Shown: positions 49,918 through 61,102 of the stretch, one piece after another
How positions within the stretch are numbered: the first letter of the stretch is position 1
Layout: every line of letters begins with the position of its first letter
IMG/VR virus record: IMGVR_UViG_3300035517_000383
Location: 88,103-152,102 of that record
From: a virus
Taxonomy: Duplodnaviria; Caudoviricetes
Length of the DNA: 64,000 nt
Reading direction: 5' to 3' (one strand)
Notes under the pieces: model-generated
Database searches by the model: none
What the model saw: the letters and a program-made list of their open reading frames with translations, nothing else
Told to the model about the DNA's origin: nothing
Program-made: the position numbers and the translations under genes

Positions 49918-51410
49918 TACTTATTACCTCCGTTTTTGTATTTATTTAATAATCTAACAAGACCAGATTCACCTTTCTCGATGTCTGTGTCTCCGCCTTT
50001 ATAGTAAATGTTGGGTTCTGACTTACTAAAAATAGAAGGGTCAGATTCAACAGCAGCGGTACAAACTTCTTTCTTGAATTCCTCAACGGAGAAATTCTCA
50101 ATGTTATTCTTAAACTCAGAAATAGTAGTTTCTGTTAGATGTGATTCATATTTAGAAAGAATAGCTTCTTTCTTTTCTGTTTCAACAGTTTTCTTGAAAG
50201 ATAATAAAGATTCTTTCTCATTAGTTAAGTCTGAAATTTCTGTCTCCATTCTAATTTTTTCAGTTTCAAATTCACTAACCTTTGTCTCAAATTCAGTTGT
50301 CTTTTCAACAATTTGATTTTCAAGATTAGTCTTAACTGTTTCAAACTCTGCACTTGCAGTTTCAAGTTCAGTCACTTTAGTTTCGAGTTCAGTTACTTTA
50401 GTCTCAAATTCTGTCTTTTCAGATTCAAGAGATTCTACTTTAGCAGTAGCATCTGTATAAGCGGTCTGTGCGGCCTCAAATGAGCCACCAACAGCTTTCA
50501 TAGCTTCAAGAGCTGTATATTCTGTAGCAGTTACATCTACAATTTGAACATCAACCATATCACCAAGCACAACAGAATTTGATGTGTCGTCTTTAGTATA
50601 ATAAACTCTTGCATAGCTTCTTTTTTCAATGCTTTTACAAAGTGCGTAATCATCATATACATCACATATCATGTATTCTACGTTCCAATTTCCTTCCTCA
50701 TTGAAATTTGGATTTAAAGCATCAAATAAAGCATCTGCTTTTTCACTATCGGAAAGTCTAAACATACTCTTATCCATGCGTACTTTCTCCTCCTTTTTCT
50801 TACAAAAATTTTTTATATAATCAGCCATTTCTTTGACATCTTTGTATAAACTAAAGAAAGCAGAACCCTCAAAACAAGGTTCTGTCTCATCTCCAAGAAC
50901 TTGAAGACCCACTAGTCCACCAGTTATAAAATGATAATATGGTTGATTATCTTGTTCACTAATTCGCCACTCGCCTACAAGAGTCTTTCTATAAATCTCC
51001 ATAGATTGCGACTTATCAGGAATAATCTTTGCTTCGGGGTATAAACCAGTAAATAAATAGACATCACAACAAGCATAATCTCTTGTTTCGCCGTCATCAT
51101 CTTGATGCTCTTCCCAAGCAAAATTAGGATTTTCTGGTACAATACCATAAATTCGTCCGTCCGTATTATCTTCACCATGGTCCTCGTAATCAAGGGTATC
51201 ATTATCAAAGATACCCTTAATTGGAGTATATGGCAATGAGGTAATAAGCTAATTTGCAAAATCCTCTGATATAAAAGTGCGGTTTCTATTCATACCTTTA
51301 TAAAAAATTCGGACACGACATTTAGATAAAGTATCAGTAATTTTTTCTGTAGCTCCATACAAAGTCACGTCAAGAGTGGTCGGAATTTTAGCAAAGTTTT
51401 CATTAGCCAT
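49917..51410 (-). CDS. prohead protease-scaffold fusion (497 aa, 1 TAG)
   Basis: NRNRTFIS..LPYTPIKG..SQSMEI..LG..EPCFEGS, then acidic coiled coil with ETKVTEL repeats. Confidence 0.72.
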
Positions 51411-52969
51411 TATTCCTTCACCTCAGTTTTATTATTATCCTTTTCATCTTCTTCACTTTCATCGTTTGTATCTTCTTCATCTTGTTTTTGATTATCATTA
51501 CTATTATCTTTATCTGTATCTTCTTCATTATTTTTAGTATCACTAATTGGTTCACCTTGTGATTTACCAGATTGAGTATAAGAAGATTGAAGAGGTTTAA
51601 GAACTTCATCAAGATTAAGCAAATCATTTTCAAGAGATTTAAGGGCCGCAAGATTTGTTTGGTCAATACCTGTGGATAAAACAGGAGTTAAGAAACAATA
51701 TCCAAATGACGCAAGCTCTCTTGCTCTTGAAGTATAGTCTGCACTATTATAATAACTAATAGGCAAAATTAATAGCTTAAACTTAGTTTTTTTATTCTCA
51801 AATTTATAATTTAAAAGAGCAGTAAAGAAATGAGCAAATTTTTGTCCCAGAATCATAGTCATAGCTAAGTCGTTGTTAAGAGAATAATTAATACCTGCTT
51901 CTGTTGTTGCAGAAAATAATTCTTTTGATACACCAGCAGACTAATAAATTAAATCTTGAACATCTTCAACTTCGGTTTTTTCATCGTCATCACTACTCAT
52001 ATCTAACAATGACACGTTTGTATAAGTAGTTAGAACATCAATATCTGGATTACTAGAAAGCATTTCTAATGCACCTTCGTGCATTTCTTCTGCTTCATCT
52101 GGTTCAAAAACCAATTTCATACCATCGTGCGGCACAGTCTAAACCAGAATTCTTTTTAATGCCTAAAGATTACGTTCTTTATCAATCTCCTTATAATCAT
52201 CTAAATCATCGAGTAAAGGAATTAAATCAAGAAAGAACGGCCGCTCTTCAAAGTAATTAAAATAAATTCCCATTTCAGCGGGAAGAAAAACCCAAGCAGG
52301 TCCATCATGGTATTTATATTTATTATATCCTTTCTACACTATCTTTGGATAAGTATTAAGAATTTCTTTTCTTAATTGTTCATCTCTAATAGTATCAAAG
52401 AATTTCATATTAAACTCAACTATATCAATATCTTGTGCATTTTTAAATCTACTGCGGCAATAGTCAAAAGGTAAATCTTGAATTACAACATTGTCTCCAT
52501 TATCATGAAGCAAACCATAATACCCACCTTTAACCAAAATATCCTTAGCAAATAAAGCGCATTTTCTATCAATTTGAAAAGTTGTACAAAAATCTGATGC
52601 ATCATAATAAGCAGATGAAACTTTTTTATCTGTAATTGTAGTTTTCTAGTTTTTAACATATGGCACTAAAATCCAAGAATAAGTTAAAAAAGTTGCATAG
52701 TGAAGAATAATACGTTTATAAACCCCATTAGTTGCAAAAAAGAATTCAGAGAGTGCCGCTTGTTCTACGGGGTCGCCGCGCTGCACGATATTGTTAATTT
52801 CCTCTTTACTATAAACTAATCTACGTTCTCTAACTGATTTTTTATCGGATTTTTGATACGCGGCCTTAGAAGTAGCAATCATATCTTTAAAAGCTTTTTT
52901 AAAATCAGTAATACGTTCTTTTTGTAAATCCTTTAATTGTCCAGTAGTAATATTTATATTCTCATCCAT
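51410..52969 (-). CDS. portal protein (519 aa, about 5 TAG)
   Basis: Four track fragments in one frame directly after terminase; PLQSSYTQSG then acidic tail. Confidence 0.72.
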
Positions 52970-52976
52970 TTACTTC

Positions 52977-55900
52977 TCACCTCCCTTTTTTAAAGAAAGT
53001 TAATTTGCGGCCTAAGCCGCGATTGCGACAACGGGACATTTCTTCTTCTTCAATTTTGGCAACTCTATAAGTTCCCATTTCCAAAGCAGAGAATTTATCT
53101 TTGGTCATTCTTTTATTAATTTGTTCTACAGCAATGAGATTATTTGCACCCGCAGGTTTAACCTTTAAGTTCATCATTTCATTGATTAAAATTGTTGTTA
53201 ATTCGTGCGGCATTAGACGTGCAATTCTCTATTCTGGAGACATCTTCTGTCCAACCTTAGTACTTATTAATTTTACTTGTCCTTCTTGTTCTGAAATTAA
53301 GAAATTAAGTTTACCATTATCTATTTTAGCATATAGAATAGAGTGCATCTCACTGTTAATTTGTGAATTAGCTTTTATACCATAGAGAATTTTAATAGCA
53401 TTCTTTGGCTGGATTTCTTCGTATTCATCACGATTGAAAAATCCATAGGCTGGATAAATTTTTCCTGTTTTTACATCATAGGTTTCTTTAATCATACAAT
53501 CAGCAAATCCAATACCTAATCCATTAATATCTATCACAACTTCTCTGGGATTAAATTTCTCAATAAGTTCTTTTAATGCTAACGCCTGTCTATCAAATAA
53601 CTTTTCATCTTCTGTTTTACCTAGTACAAATAAGTTAACCAAATTACAACGATATTCAGCATCTGGGAATACTTTTAAAACCGTAGCAACAGTCTAGCAC
53701 CCCCTTCTAGCTATATCCACACTTATAATGTAGAAACTATTTACATCAGCTCTAACAGATTCCTTCGTTTCGGGATTCATTAAACGTCTATGAAGTTTAA
53801 TTCTCTCGTAATTAAACCAAGCATCGCTTGAACTGCCGACAAACTGACTTAAGTACTCTTTAGCGAAAGATTCTTCACTAAATGTCTGAGAGGTTTTTAT
53901 TTCATTTAAAAAGTTTTTAGGTAATAGACCTACCTACATTGGAACTCTATAATCACAACCAAAAACGAAGCACTTGTTCGGATTGATAATTGAAAGTTCC
54001 ATCATTTCAATTGCTTTGTCATAACAAAATGTATTTTTATCTGACGCTGAACTCATCCATAACTGAATCTGCTGTGGTTCAGAATCGTTTTTTAATCCAT
54101 TTGCCATCTTTCTATCAACATTCATAAGCGGCAAAACGACATTATTAAGTTTATCTGCATCATGGTCCATTAGTACCCTCGGTTTCCCGATATTTATTAA
54201 GGGGATTAGACTATACCATACATTATAAAATGTTCACTATTATAATTAAATATTTAATGGTAAAAAATTGATTTTTTTTCTTTTATATTTTAAATCTAAT
54301 TTATAATACATAGATGGAAAATTATGCCAAATTATAGGAGCAACTATTTCTAAAAATTTTATTGTGTTTTTTGTATTACACCATAAACGAGGATTGTTTT
54401 TATCATAAGTTAAATGAAAATCAAGTCCCCATTTAGATAATAAATACGATTGTAACATTTTTACCTCTTCAAGTGTGAAAGATTGTACGTTTAAATGTAT
54501 TTCTCTTGACTTGTATGTATTGGGGTGATTGGGGTCTTTGTGTAGTCCCAAACATCCATCATCCATATACATAATTGCTAAAGTAATTTCATCAAAACGA
54601 TTTAATATAGTTTTTGTTAATTGCTTTTTCCCATTCATGTAGATATCTTTATATAAATTTTTTAATCTTTCATTATTATAATACGCATATCTATAAAGAT
54701 ATCCTTTATTATCAGTTGATGTTCTTAAAGAAGTTGGAGTTAAATATTTATTAATAAAAGAAACTTTTTCGTCTACATAGTTTAATTGTTTTCCACCATG
54801 ACGAATATATAAATATTTTTCTCCATTCATAGAGCCATCAAACAAAATCATTCCAATTAATGCACTATTTAATTTATGTGCTGTATCAATTTTTACCATT
54901 ATAAAATCCTCCTGTACTAAAAGTAATACGAGTTTTCAAATATTTATTAGTCGTTGAACGTCTCTCCAAATTGGAGATTTCGCTGCGTTTGATTGCCCAA
55001 TCTTTAGTGATTTTACTATACCGACTCCGTTACTAGTCGCCGCATTATTATTGCTAATAATGTTTAGTTACTAAAGCTCTAAGGACTTCCCCGCAATTTA
55101 AGTGATTTTAGACCCGCAAATCATGATGCTCGTCTTACTTTACGGGTCTCGTCTATTAATCCCAAATGTTATCATATAGACTTTTTATCCTATATTTCTT
55201 ATAGTTTCCTATAAGGTCGGCATATCTTTTCAGTCTTTACTGTTGCGGCCTCTTGGAGAGATTATATCTTTTCACTCTCTATGCTCTGCCCCTGACTTAA
55301 TTTTATTAAGCCTTCGGTTCGGATTCCCATATCAATTAGAAGATATTGACTTAGGCTTTCCGCTTAATTCCGCAATTTTTAAACGGCCGATTAATAGATT
55401 TTTCTCGTTTTCCGTTAATTTTTTGTATATTTCTTTTTCTTTTTTTCTTGACCTACCACTAAACCAATCTTTTACTGTTGTTGGCTTAATTCCCAAATAT
55501 TTAGCTACACAAGTGTATCCATATCCGAGTTCCTGTGCGCAAAAAGCAAAATTATAATCATCTTGAGTTAAAGAATAAGCTTTTATACATCCACCCTGTT
55601 TTAATTGACGTTTATCGTAGACTTTCAACAACTCTGTATTATAAAAATTTTCTGCAATTTGTTTTATTTCATCTTTGTTCATCTTATCAAATTTTTCTAA
55701 TTGTTCTATATAACCTAATCTTCTTTTAATTCGACTGGCAGTTCCTTTTGACCAACCAAAAATTTCTTCGCAACTTTTTCCATAGCCACTCCCATAAACA
55801 TCTAATATACATAAGAAAGTAATAATATCTTTTTCTTTTGCTTTTTGATGTAAAGGAGGTTTTCCACCGCCTTCTGCAATATTGAAGCCATCTTCAATAG

Positions 55901-58416
55901 AATTAAATTTTTTGATATACTCACATTCAAGTTTATCTAATTCTTCAAGACTATTTATATTAAATTCCCAAACTCTAAAATGGAACTCTTGCTCTCCATA
56001 TTTATTCCAAGCATTTTGTAATTTAATGTTATCATGAATATTTTGATTTAATTTTCTAATGTGAGTATTTTTTCTACGCTTATAGTCAACTGTTTGTCCT
56101 ATGTAACTTTTTCCGTTTTGTAAACATTGTATCTAATATATATATCCAATCATTTATATCAACCTCCTTGGTTGTCTTCTGCATATAAGTGATTTTTTAT
56201 ATACATATCTTTAAAATTTTCAGAGGTGGAAGAAGTAGAAGTATTAACTTCTATATAATTCTAAACCGTTCCTTCTTCCTCCACGTTGAGAGTTCAAAGC
56301 AGATACAACGTCAAATATAGAACCATTTCGGAAACTTAATCTCGTTTATGTTATGTAAGTTTGTTATACTTACTCTTAATATTTCTATTAAGACCAGACT
56401 ATATCTTCTTCCTTTCGGAAGGATTCTATTTCGAGACTTTTGCCTCTACTCCCTTGTAGGATAGTCGTTGAACTTTCCGCTTAGCGGCTTGGCTGCTGAT
56501 TGTCCATTTAATAAGTTTTAGGATTTAGCCATGACTCATCTATTTTATTTTTTCTACTTTCGTAACTATTTTCTATATCAAGGAAAAATATAGAATGTAG
56601 TTAAAATAGCTTTAGGATGTTCCAGCAATTAAGAATCTTTTATTTTATCATATCATTTCTGATACGTATGTCGTATTAATCTCAACATAATCGTTTCCGA
56701 AGTTTCCGTCTCCAATAATTTCTCTTTTTAGTAGAGGAAATAAATTCCAAATTTCCAGAATTTTTTCCCTAGCAATTTTGGCTGATTCTAAAAATGTTTA
56801 ATTAAGGTCGCTAGCCTTAATCCATATGGCTCATAGTTTCCTATGAGAACAGACTATATCACTATCTTTATAAGATACCTATTGTTAACTTTGCTTTAAA
56901 GTATTTAGTCGTTGAGCCACAAAAATGATAAAATATTTTCAATATCATTGTATTGAATATATTTTATTTCTAATAATGAGTACTTATTTTCTTCACAAAA
57001 TTTCCTTTTTATTTTGTCGTTGTCTTGTTGTTTTTTAAATTTTTCTTCTCCACCAAAATGTTTAATTGGCATAAAATGTTGTTCTCCTTGATATTCAATA
57101 AGTAAATTAAATTGCGGTATATAGAAATCAAAAGATAATAATCCCAATTCTGAAAAATGTTTTTGGGTTTCAAACTCTATATTGTTTTCAGTAAGAATTT
57201 TATTTATTTTAATTTCGCCTTTGGAATTAAATCTTTTACATTTCGGACAAGGAGCTTTTAACAATATATTATGTGGCTTATTGTAAAAGATAAAACCACA
57301 GTCATTGTGTTTGAATAAAGTTTTCTTATTTGTTCCCAAATATTCTCCGACTAGAGTGTATTCATCTTTATATAAATTATAAAGTTGTTGTTCAAAAACT
57401 TCTTTTGTTTTAAATGCTGAGAATGTTTCGCAAAGTGGACATTTTTGTGATTTTAAAAATACTTGTGGTTTTCTTTTAAAAACGCTACCGCATTTTAAAC
57501 ATTTTAATTCTAAGTCATCAGTAATTTTAGTATAACTATTTAATAATTCAATATTTTTATTATTTTTTAATACATAATTAACTTTATTCCCAAGTTCAAT
57601 AGTATCTTTTCTTGGAACGCATTTTTTACAAATCTTTTCTTTTGTAGGATTTAAAAAATTATATGCTCTTTTTAACGTATAAACTTCTCCACATTTATTG
57701 CATTTAATTATTCCTAAATTTAAAGAGCCAGTATATTCTACTACCGTTAAATTTTCATTCGGATATTTCTCTTTTATTCTATTACAAAAATATTCAAATT
57801 TATCTTTTACATAACTCATTATTATTCCTCCTTTTTTTATGGTCGCTGATTATCCATTATGACAAACTTAGGCTTTTACCTTATTTGATTCCAACACTTG
57901 TTTCTGACTTTCATCTCTATTCTATCTTATCGAGGAAAATAAGATAATAGCAGTTGGACTTTAGGACGTTCCAGCTTTAAAATAGGTTATTCAAGCCGTC
58001 TCACGACGACAGGGCGCAATCTTTCGCGCTTTTCCGGGTGCAACAATAAAATATTTTCCATTAGGCTTAAACATACATATTAAGTATAAAGCCAAAATTG
58101 AAATAAAAGACTTACTAAACGCCCTAGGTGCAATAACAAAAAGTCTTGGATACCGCAAAGCAAGTCTTATAAACAATCTCTGATAAAAAAACAATTGAAA
58201 GTGAGAATTTAGCGGTTTAATAAAATCCAAGAACAAATCTGGATATTGAATCCAGAAATTAAAATAAGTCTCATAAAGTTTTCTGTTTTTCTCGATGCGT
58301 CGAGATGTCATTACCGCACCCTTTTCCATCTCAACACCATTTCTATAAATCTTTTTAGCGGTATTAGTAACCACATAGTGAACAGTATTTAGCATTACTT
58401 CTGGCATTTCTATCAT
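52977..58416 (-). CDS. terL: terminase large subunit, 594 aa, 5 exons (58416-58026, 56787-56684, 56342-56265, 55162-55142, 54167-52977)
   Basis: LFFYQR, APRAFSKSF (Walker A), APGKAQ/SAKIA, DYV/RLSFRNG, RGGRRNG/GLIDETR/DHD (Walker B), VDIAR, IDINGLG, KDKFSA. Exon sum 1785 nt. Confidence 0.88.
54168..55141 (-). mobile_element. group I intron TerL-I4 with LAGLIDADG gene
   Basis: AAUUGCGGGG, CAACGACUA and GUAUAGUC flank the ORF; U|...G boundaries. Confidence 0.82.
54246..54899 (-). CDS. LAGLIDADG homing endonuclease
   Basis: ALIGMILFDG and LAIMYMDDG motifs. Confidence 0.85.
   Translation of the reverse strand: MVKIDTAHKLNSALIGMILFDGSMNGEKYLYIRHGGKQLNYVDEKVSFINKYLTPTSLRTSTDNKGYLYRYAYYNNERLKNLYKDIYMNGKKQLTKTILNRFDEITLAIMYMDDGCLGLHKDPNHPNTYKSREIHLNVQSFTLEEVKMLQSYLLSKWGLDFHLTYDKNNPRLWCNTKNTIKFLEIVAPIIWHNFPSMYYKLDLKYKRKKINFLPLNI
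55163..56264 (-). mobile_element. group I intron TerL-I3 with GIY-YIG gene in the P1 loop
   Basis: Exon AACGGU pairs with IGS GCCGUU near 55383-55388; P7 GCAUA/UAUGC. Confidence 0.8.
55332..56153 (-). CDS. GIY-YIG homing endonuclease (273 aa, 1 TAG)
   Basis: MIGYIY*IQCLQNGKSYIGQT..R..H..LQNAWNKYG..FN...GG. Confidence 0.82.
56343..56683 (-). mobile_element. group I intron TerL-I2, ORF-less (341 nt)
   Basis: P1 AUGUU/GACAU, AAUUGCUGGAA, CAACGACUA, AAGAUAUAGUC. Confidence 0.85.
56788..58025 (-). mobile_element. group I intron TerL-I1 with endonuclease gene
   Basis: GCUGGAA, AAUCAGCG, CAACGACUA, GAUAUAGUC; splicing restores KAQSAK. Confidence 0.8.
56905..57819 (-). CDS. Zn-ribbon repeat + Vsr/DUF559-like homing endonuclease (no TAG)
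   Basis: CxxC repeats, SKGE..FDFYIP..LIEYQGEQHF..QQDND; paralog of 29861-30952. Confidence 0.85.
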   Translation of the reverse strand: MSYVKDKFEYFCNRIKEKYPNENLTVVEYTGSLNLGIIKCNKCGEVYTLKRAYNFLNPTKEKICKKCVPRKDTIELGNKVNYVLKNNKNIELLNSYTKITDDLELKCLKCGSVFKRKPQVFLKSQKCPLCETFSAFKTKEVFEQQLYNLYKDEYTLVGEYLGTNKKTLFKHNDCGFIFYNKPHNILLKAPCPKCKRFNSKGEIKINKILTENNIEFETQKHFSELGLLSFDFYIPQFNLLIEYQGEQHFMPIKHFGGEEKFKKQQDNDKIKRKFCEENKYSLLEIKYIQYNDIENILSFLWLND

Positions 58417-58427
58417 ACTACTTCACC

Positions 58428-59378
58428 TTACATCTCAATTTTAAACTCTTCTTGGTCGGCAAGAGTATCCTTATCGGACTGGTCAGCTATATAAGCGCGG
58501 AGTTCCTGTTCATCAAACTCTTCACCTTCGAGTTGTGCCGCAACCTTAAGATTGTTAATACGTTGCTCAATTTCTTCCGCAACACCAGTTTCATTTACAT
58601 ATAATCTTTGATTCCAAAGTTGAATATTACGTTGAACACAGTCAACTTCATCCCTTTGTGCGCCCTAATAATATTTAGCAACCCAACCAGTTTTCTCTAA
58701 ATATGCTCCAGCCTCAGCAAAACTACTGAATTCTTCTGCATCCTTAACGTTTTTTGGAGTTAGGTTAGAAAGCTTAGCGAGGTCATCATAAGACTTTAAA
58801 TCCTTAGAAAAATCTTGACCACCACGAATCTTCTCCTCAATAATTAAAGAAATCTTACAAAGTTTAAGTGCTTGGTCTTCGTTGAGTGCGCCAACAACAT
58901 TCTAAGAATTTAGAAGTCCCTAGTGTAAGTTCTCCAAATATTCAAGGTCTTGTTGGTCATATTGTACACCCCATTTCTTCTGCATCTTCTTGAAGTTCGC
59001 TTCTCTTAGTTCTGCGATACCATCACTAACTCTATTCTCTTCCTAAAGTTTTAAATATGCATTATTATAATCCTCCCATTCTAAAGTATTATATGGAGTT
59101 TCTCTAAACATGGCCGCATAGACACCAATCGCATCTTTTCCATGTCCATCATAAATCTTCTACCACTCAGCTGGCACGAATGGGATATCCGCCCACTAAC
59201 AAATTTTATCAGCTATATCCCAAGTTAAACCATCATGTTTTGTAGCTTCTTGTTCAATTTGTGTTGCTAAGCATTGACGACAAATTGGAAGAACTCCACC
59301 ATGAATTGGAGAATTAGAAGCAATATAATTAGCCGTTGTTTTTTCTTGCTAACAACGCTAACAAATTCTTTTAGCCAT
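58428..59378 (-). CDS. Zn-finger protein upstream of terL, candidate terminase small subunit (316 aa, about 8 TAG)
   Basis: MAKRIC*RC*QEK..PICRQC..C*WADIPF..KKWG..Y; absent from the track; synteny. Confidence 0.6.
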
Positions 59379-59544
59379 TTATTTATTTCACCTCTTTTTT
59401 TAATTTTGTTGCGCCGCGCCATTTATTTTAATTCTCTAAAATCGACTCGGTGGCACAAGGTAATTTTTAAATAAAGAAGAATAAAATCTTCTACAAAATA
59501 GACAATTCTATTTTTTAAGAACCTAAAACTATTTTAAAAAGTTT

Positions 59545-59805
59545 TTAACGCCCCTCCCCAGAGGTCTATTCTTCTTTTTCTATCCCTTTAATTATATCCT
59601 TGTTCGCCGCCGCAACGTCTTTTGCAAGTTTTAAAAGTTTTTTTCTCTTAAACCTCGACTCCTCTTGAAAACCCATCAAAATCTCAGTAACATAATCCTC
59701 AAAATTATCTTGTTCCTCAATTCCAAGTATATTTCCAAAAGCAAGTATATCAACAAAGTTAAGCTTAGAAAAATATTCTAAAAGTTGTTTTAGTTGTTTT
59801 TCCAT
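59545..59805 (-). CDS. hypothetical protein (86 aa if TAG 59566 is read through)
   Basis: AGGAGGAG RBS. Confidence 0.65.
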
Positions 59806-59820
59806 TATATCTTCTCCTCC

Positions 59821-61017
59821 TTACTTAAATCTTTGTCTTTCTTCCTTATCACATCTCTTACACTTATTTGTAAGCCCATCAGATGATTTTGTCTTTTTAA
59901 CAAAATTTCTAGAATCTCTCAAAAGCTCTCGGCCGCACTTCGTACAAACTTTCCATCCCTTATCATAATCTTTCATCAACCATTCATCATAATTAAGAAT
60001 TGCGGCCTCATTAATAAGTCCTATAGACTTATTAAAAATTGTACTAATATAGTTCTCTGAGTGATAAATCCCTAACTCCCTTTTTAGGTGTTTTGTAATT
60101 TCTCTATTGGGAACTCTTAATTTCTTATCTCTAATAATTAAAAGCTATTGTTTACTTAATTCTGCCTTTTCAATATAAAAGTCTAAAGTCCAAATTAATC
60201 CGTGTAAAGGAGAATCTGGAATTTCCTTAATACTATCTACAATATCCCAATAATTCTAAATTAAACAGTAAATGTGTTCTTTTTCTCTAAAATCAAAGTA
60301 ATATTTTCCTGACTATTTTAATTGTTCTAATTGTTCTTCTGTAAATGCTGTTGCAGTGCGGCCACTGCTCTAACTTCTAGGATTTTTAAATTCCCAATCA
60401 TTTTCCTCTTTCATAACTCCTCTAGGTAACACTAAGTAATTCATCTAAGAATCAACAATACTACCGTGAAATTCTGCCTTGTTCTTTTGTCCAAGAATAG
60501 TCTAGAACTCACTATCCCATAAGTAGTATTGTTGGGTTCTTAGTTCAATTAAGGAATGCTTTAATTGGTAAAGTTCTTTTTGAGAAAGAATTGGAGTAGA
60601 TGAACGTTTCTCTTTTTTCCCTAAGTTCTCATCAATTATATCCTATAAATTCTAAATTTGTTCCCATAATTCTTTCATACCGGGTATGTCTTTTGCTTTT
60701 TCCTTATCAATTGTTGGCTTAACTTTCTTATAAATTGTCTAGTTTTTGGATAATTGTGCTTCATCAAAAGTAGGAGACTCTATCATTTCATCAAGACTTA
60801 TAAATTTTTCTTTATTATAAGAATTATACTTAGTTTTAATCTAAATTTCTCCTCTATCAACAACTGATGTGCCGTCCTCCTAATCTTTACCATATAATAT
60901 ATAATTTGAAACGGTTTCTAATTCAGATTTATTAAGGGTTTCTAAAGGGATTTTTCGAATTGCTTCTAACCTATCTTTAGAAGAATAGATATTAAAATCT
61001 AATATAAATTTTTGCAT
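59821..61017 (-). CDS. putative DNA-binding regulator with HTH-like segment and C-terminal Zn finger (398 aa, many TAG)
   Basis: AGGAG RBS; LETVSNYILYGKD..NREITKHL..HSENYISTI..CTKC..CKRC; absent from the track. Confidence 0.6.
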
Positions 61018-61073
61018 TGTATTTTCAACTCCTAATAGAATTACTATTATTATTTTTAACCCCTACTATATAT

Positions 61074-61102
61074 ATTATACAATAAATTCAGACGAAAGTC
61101 AA
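61074..61102 (-). promoter_or_regulatory. sigmaA-type promoter
   Basis: TTGACT-17 nt-TATAAT. Confidence 0.8.

Noticed and set aside
1646-53385. Short antisense or alternate-frame ORFs (e.g. 1646-2020, 3462-3683, 38466-38846, 48671-49132, 50008-50316)
   Set aside because: They overlap well-supported genes, lack RBS and show no recognisable motifs.
54246-57819. Inteins in the terminase
   Set aside because: The endonuclease ORFs have their own RBS and stops, lie inside RNA cores with group I P7 elements, and lack intein splice residues.
8636-61017. Mass pseudogenisation of a decayed prophage
   Set aside because: The interruptions examined are TAG or intron boundaries, frames stay aligned, and TAG maps to Gln positions. 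Decay would give TAA/TGA and frameshifts.
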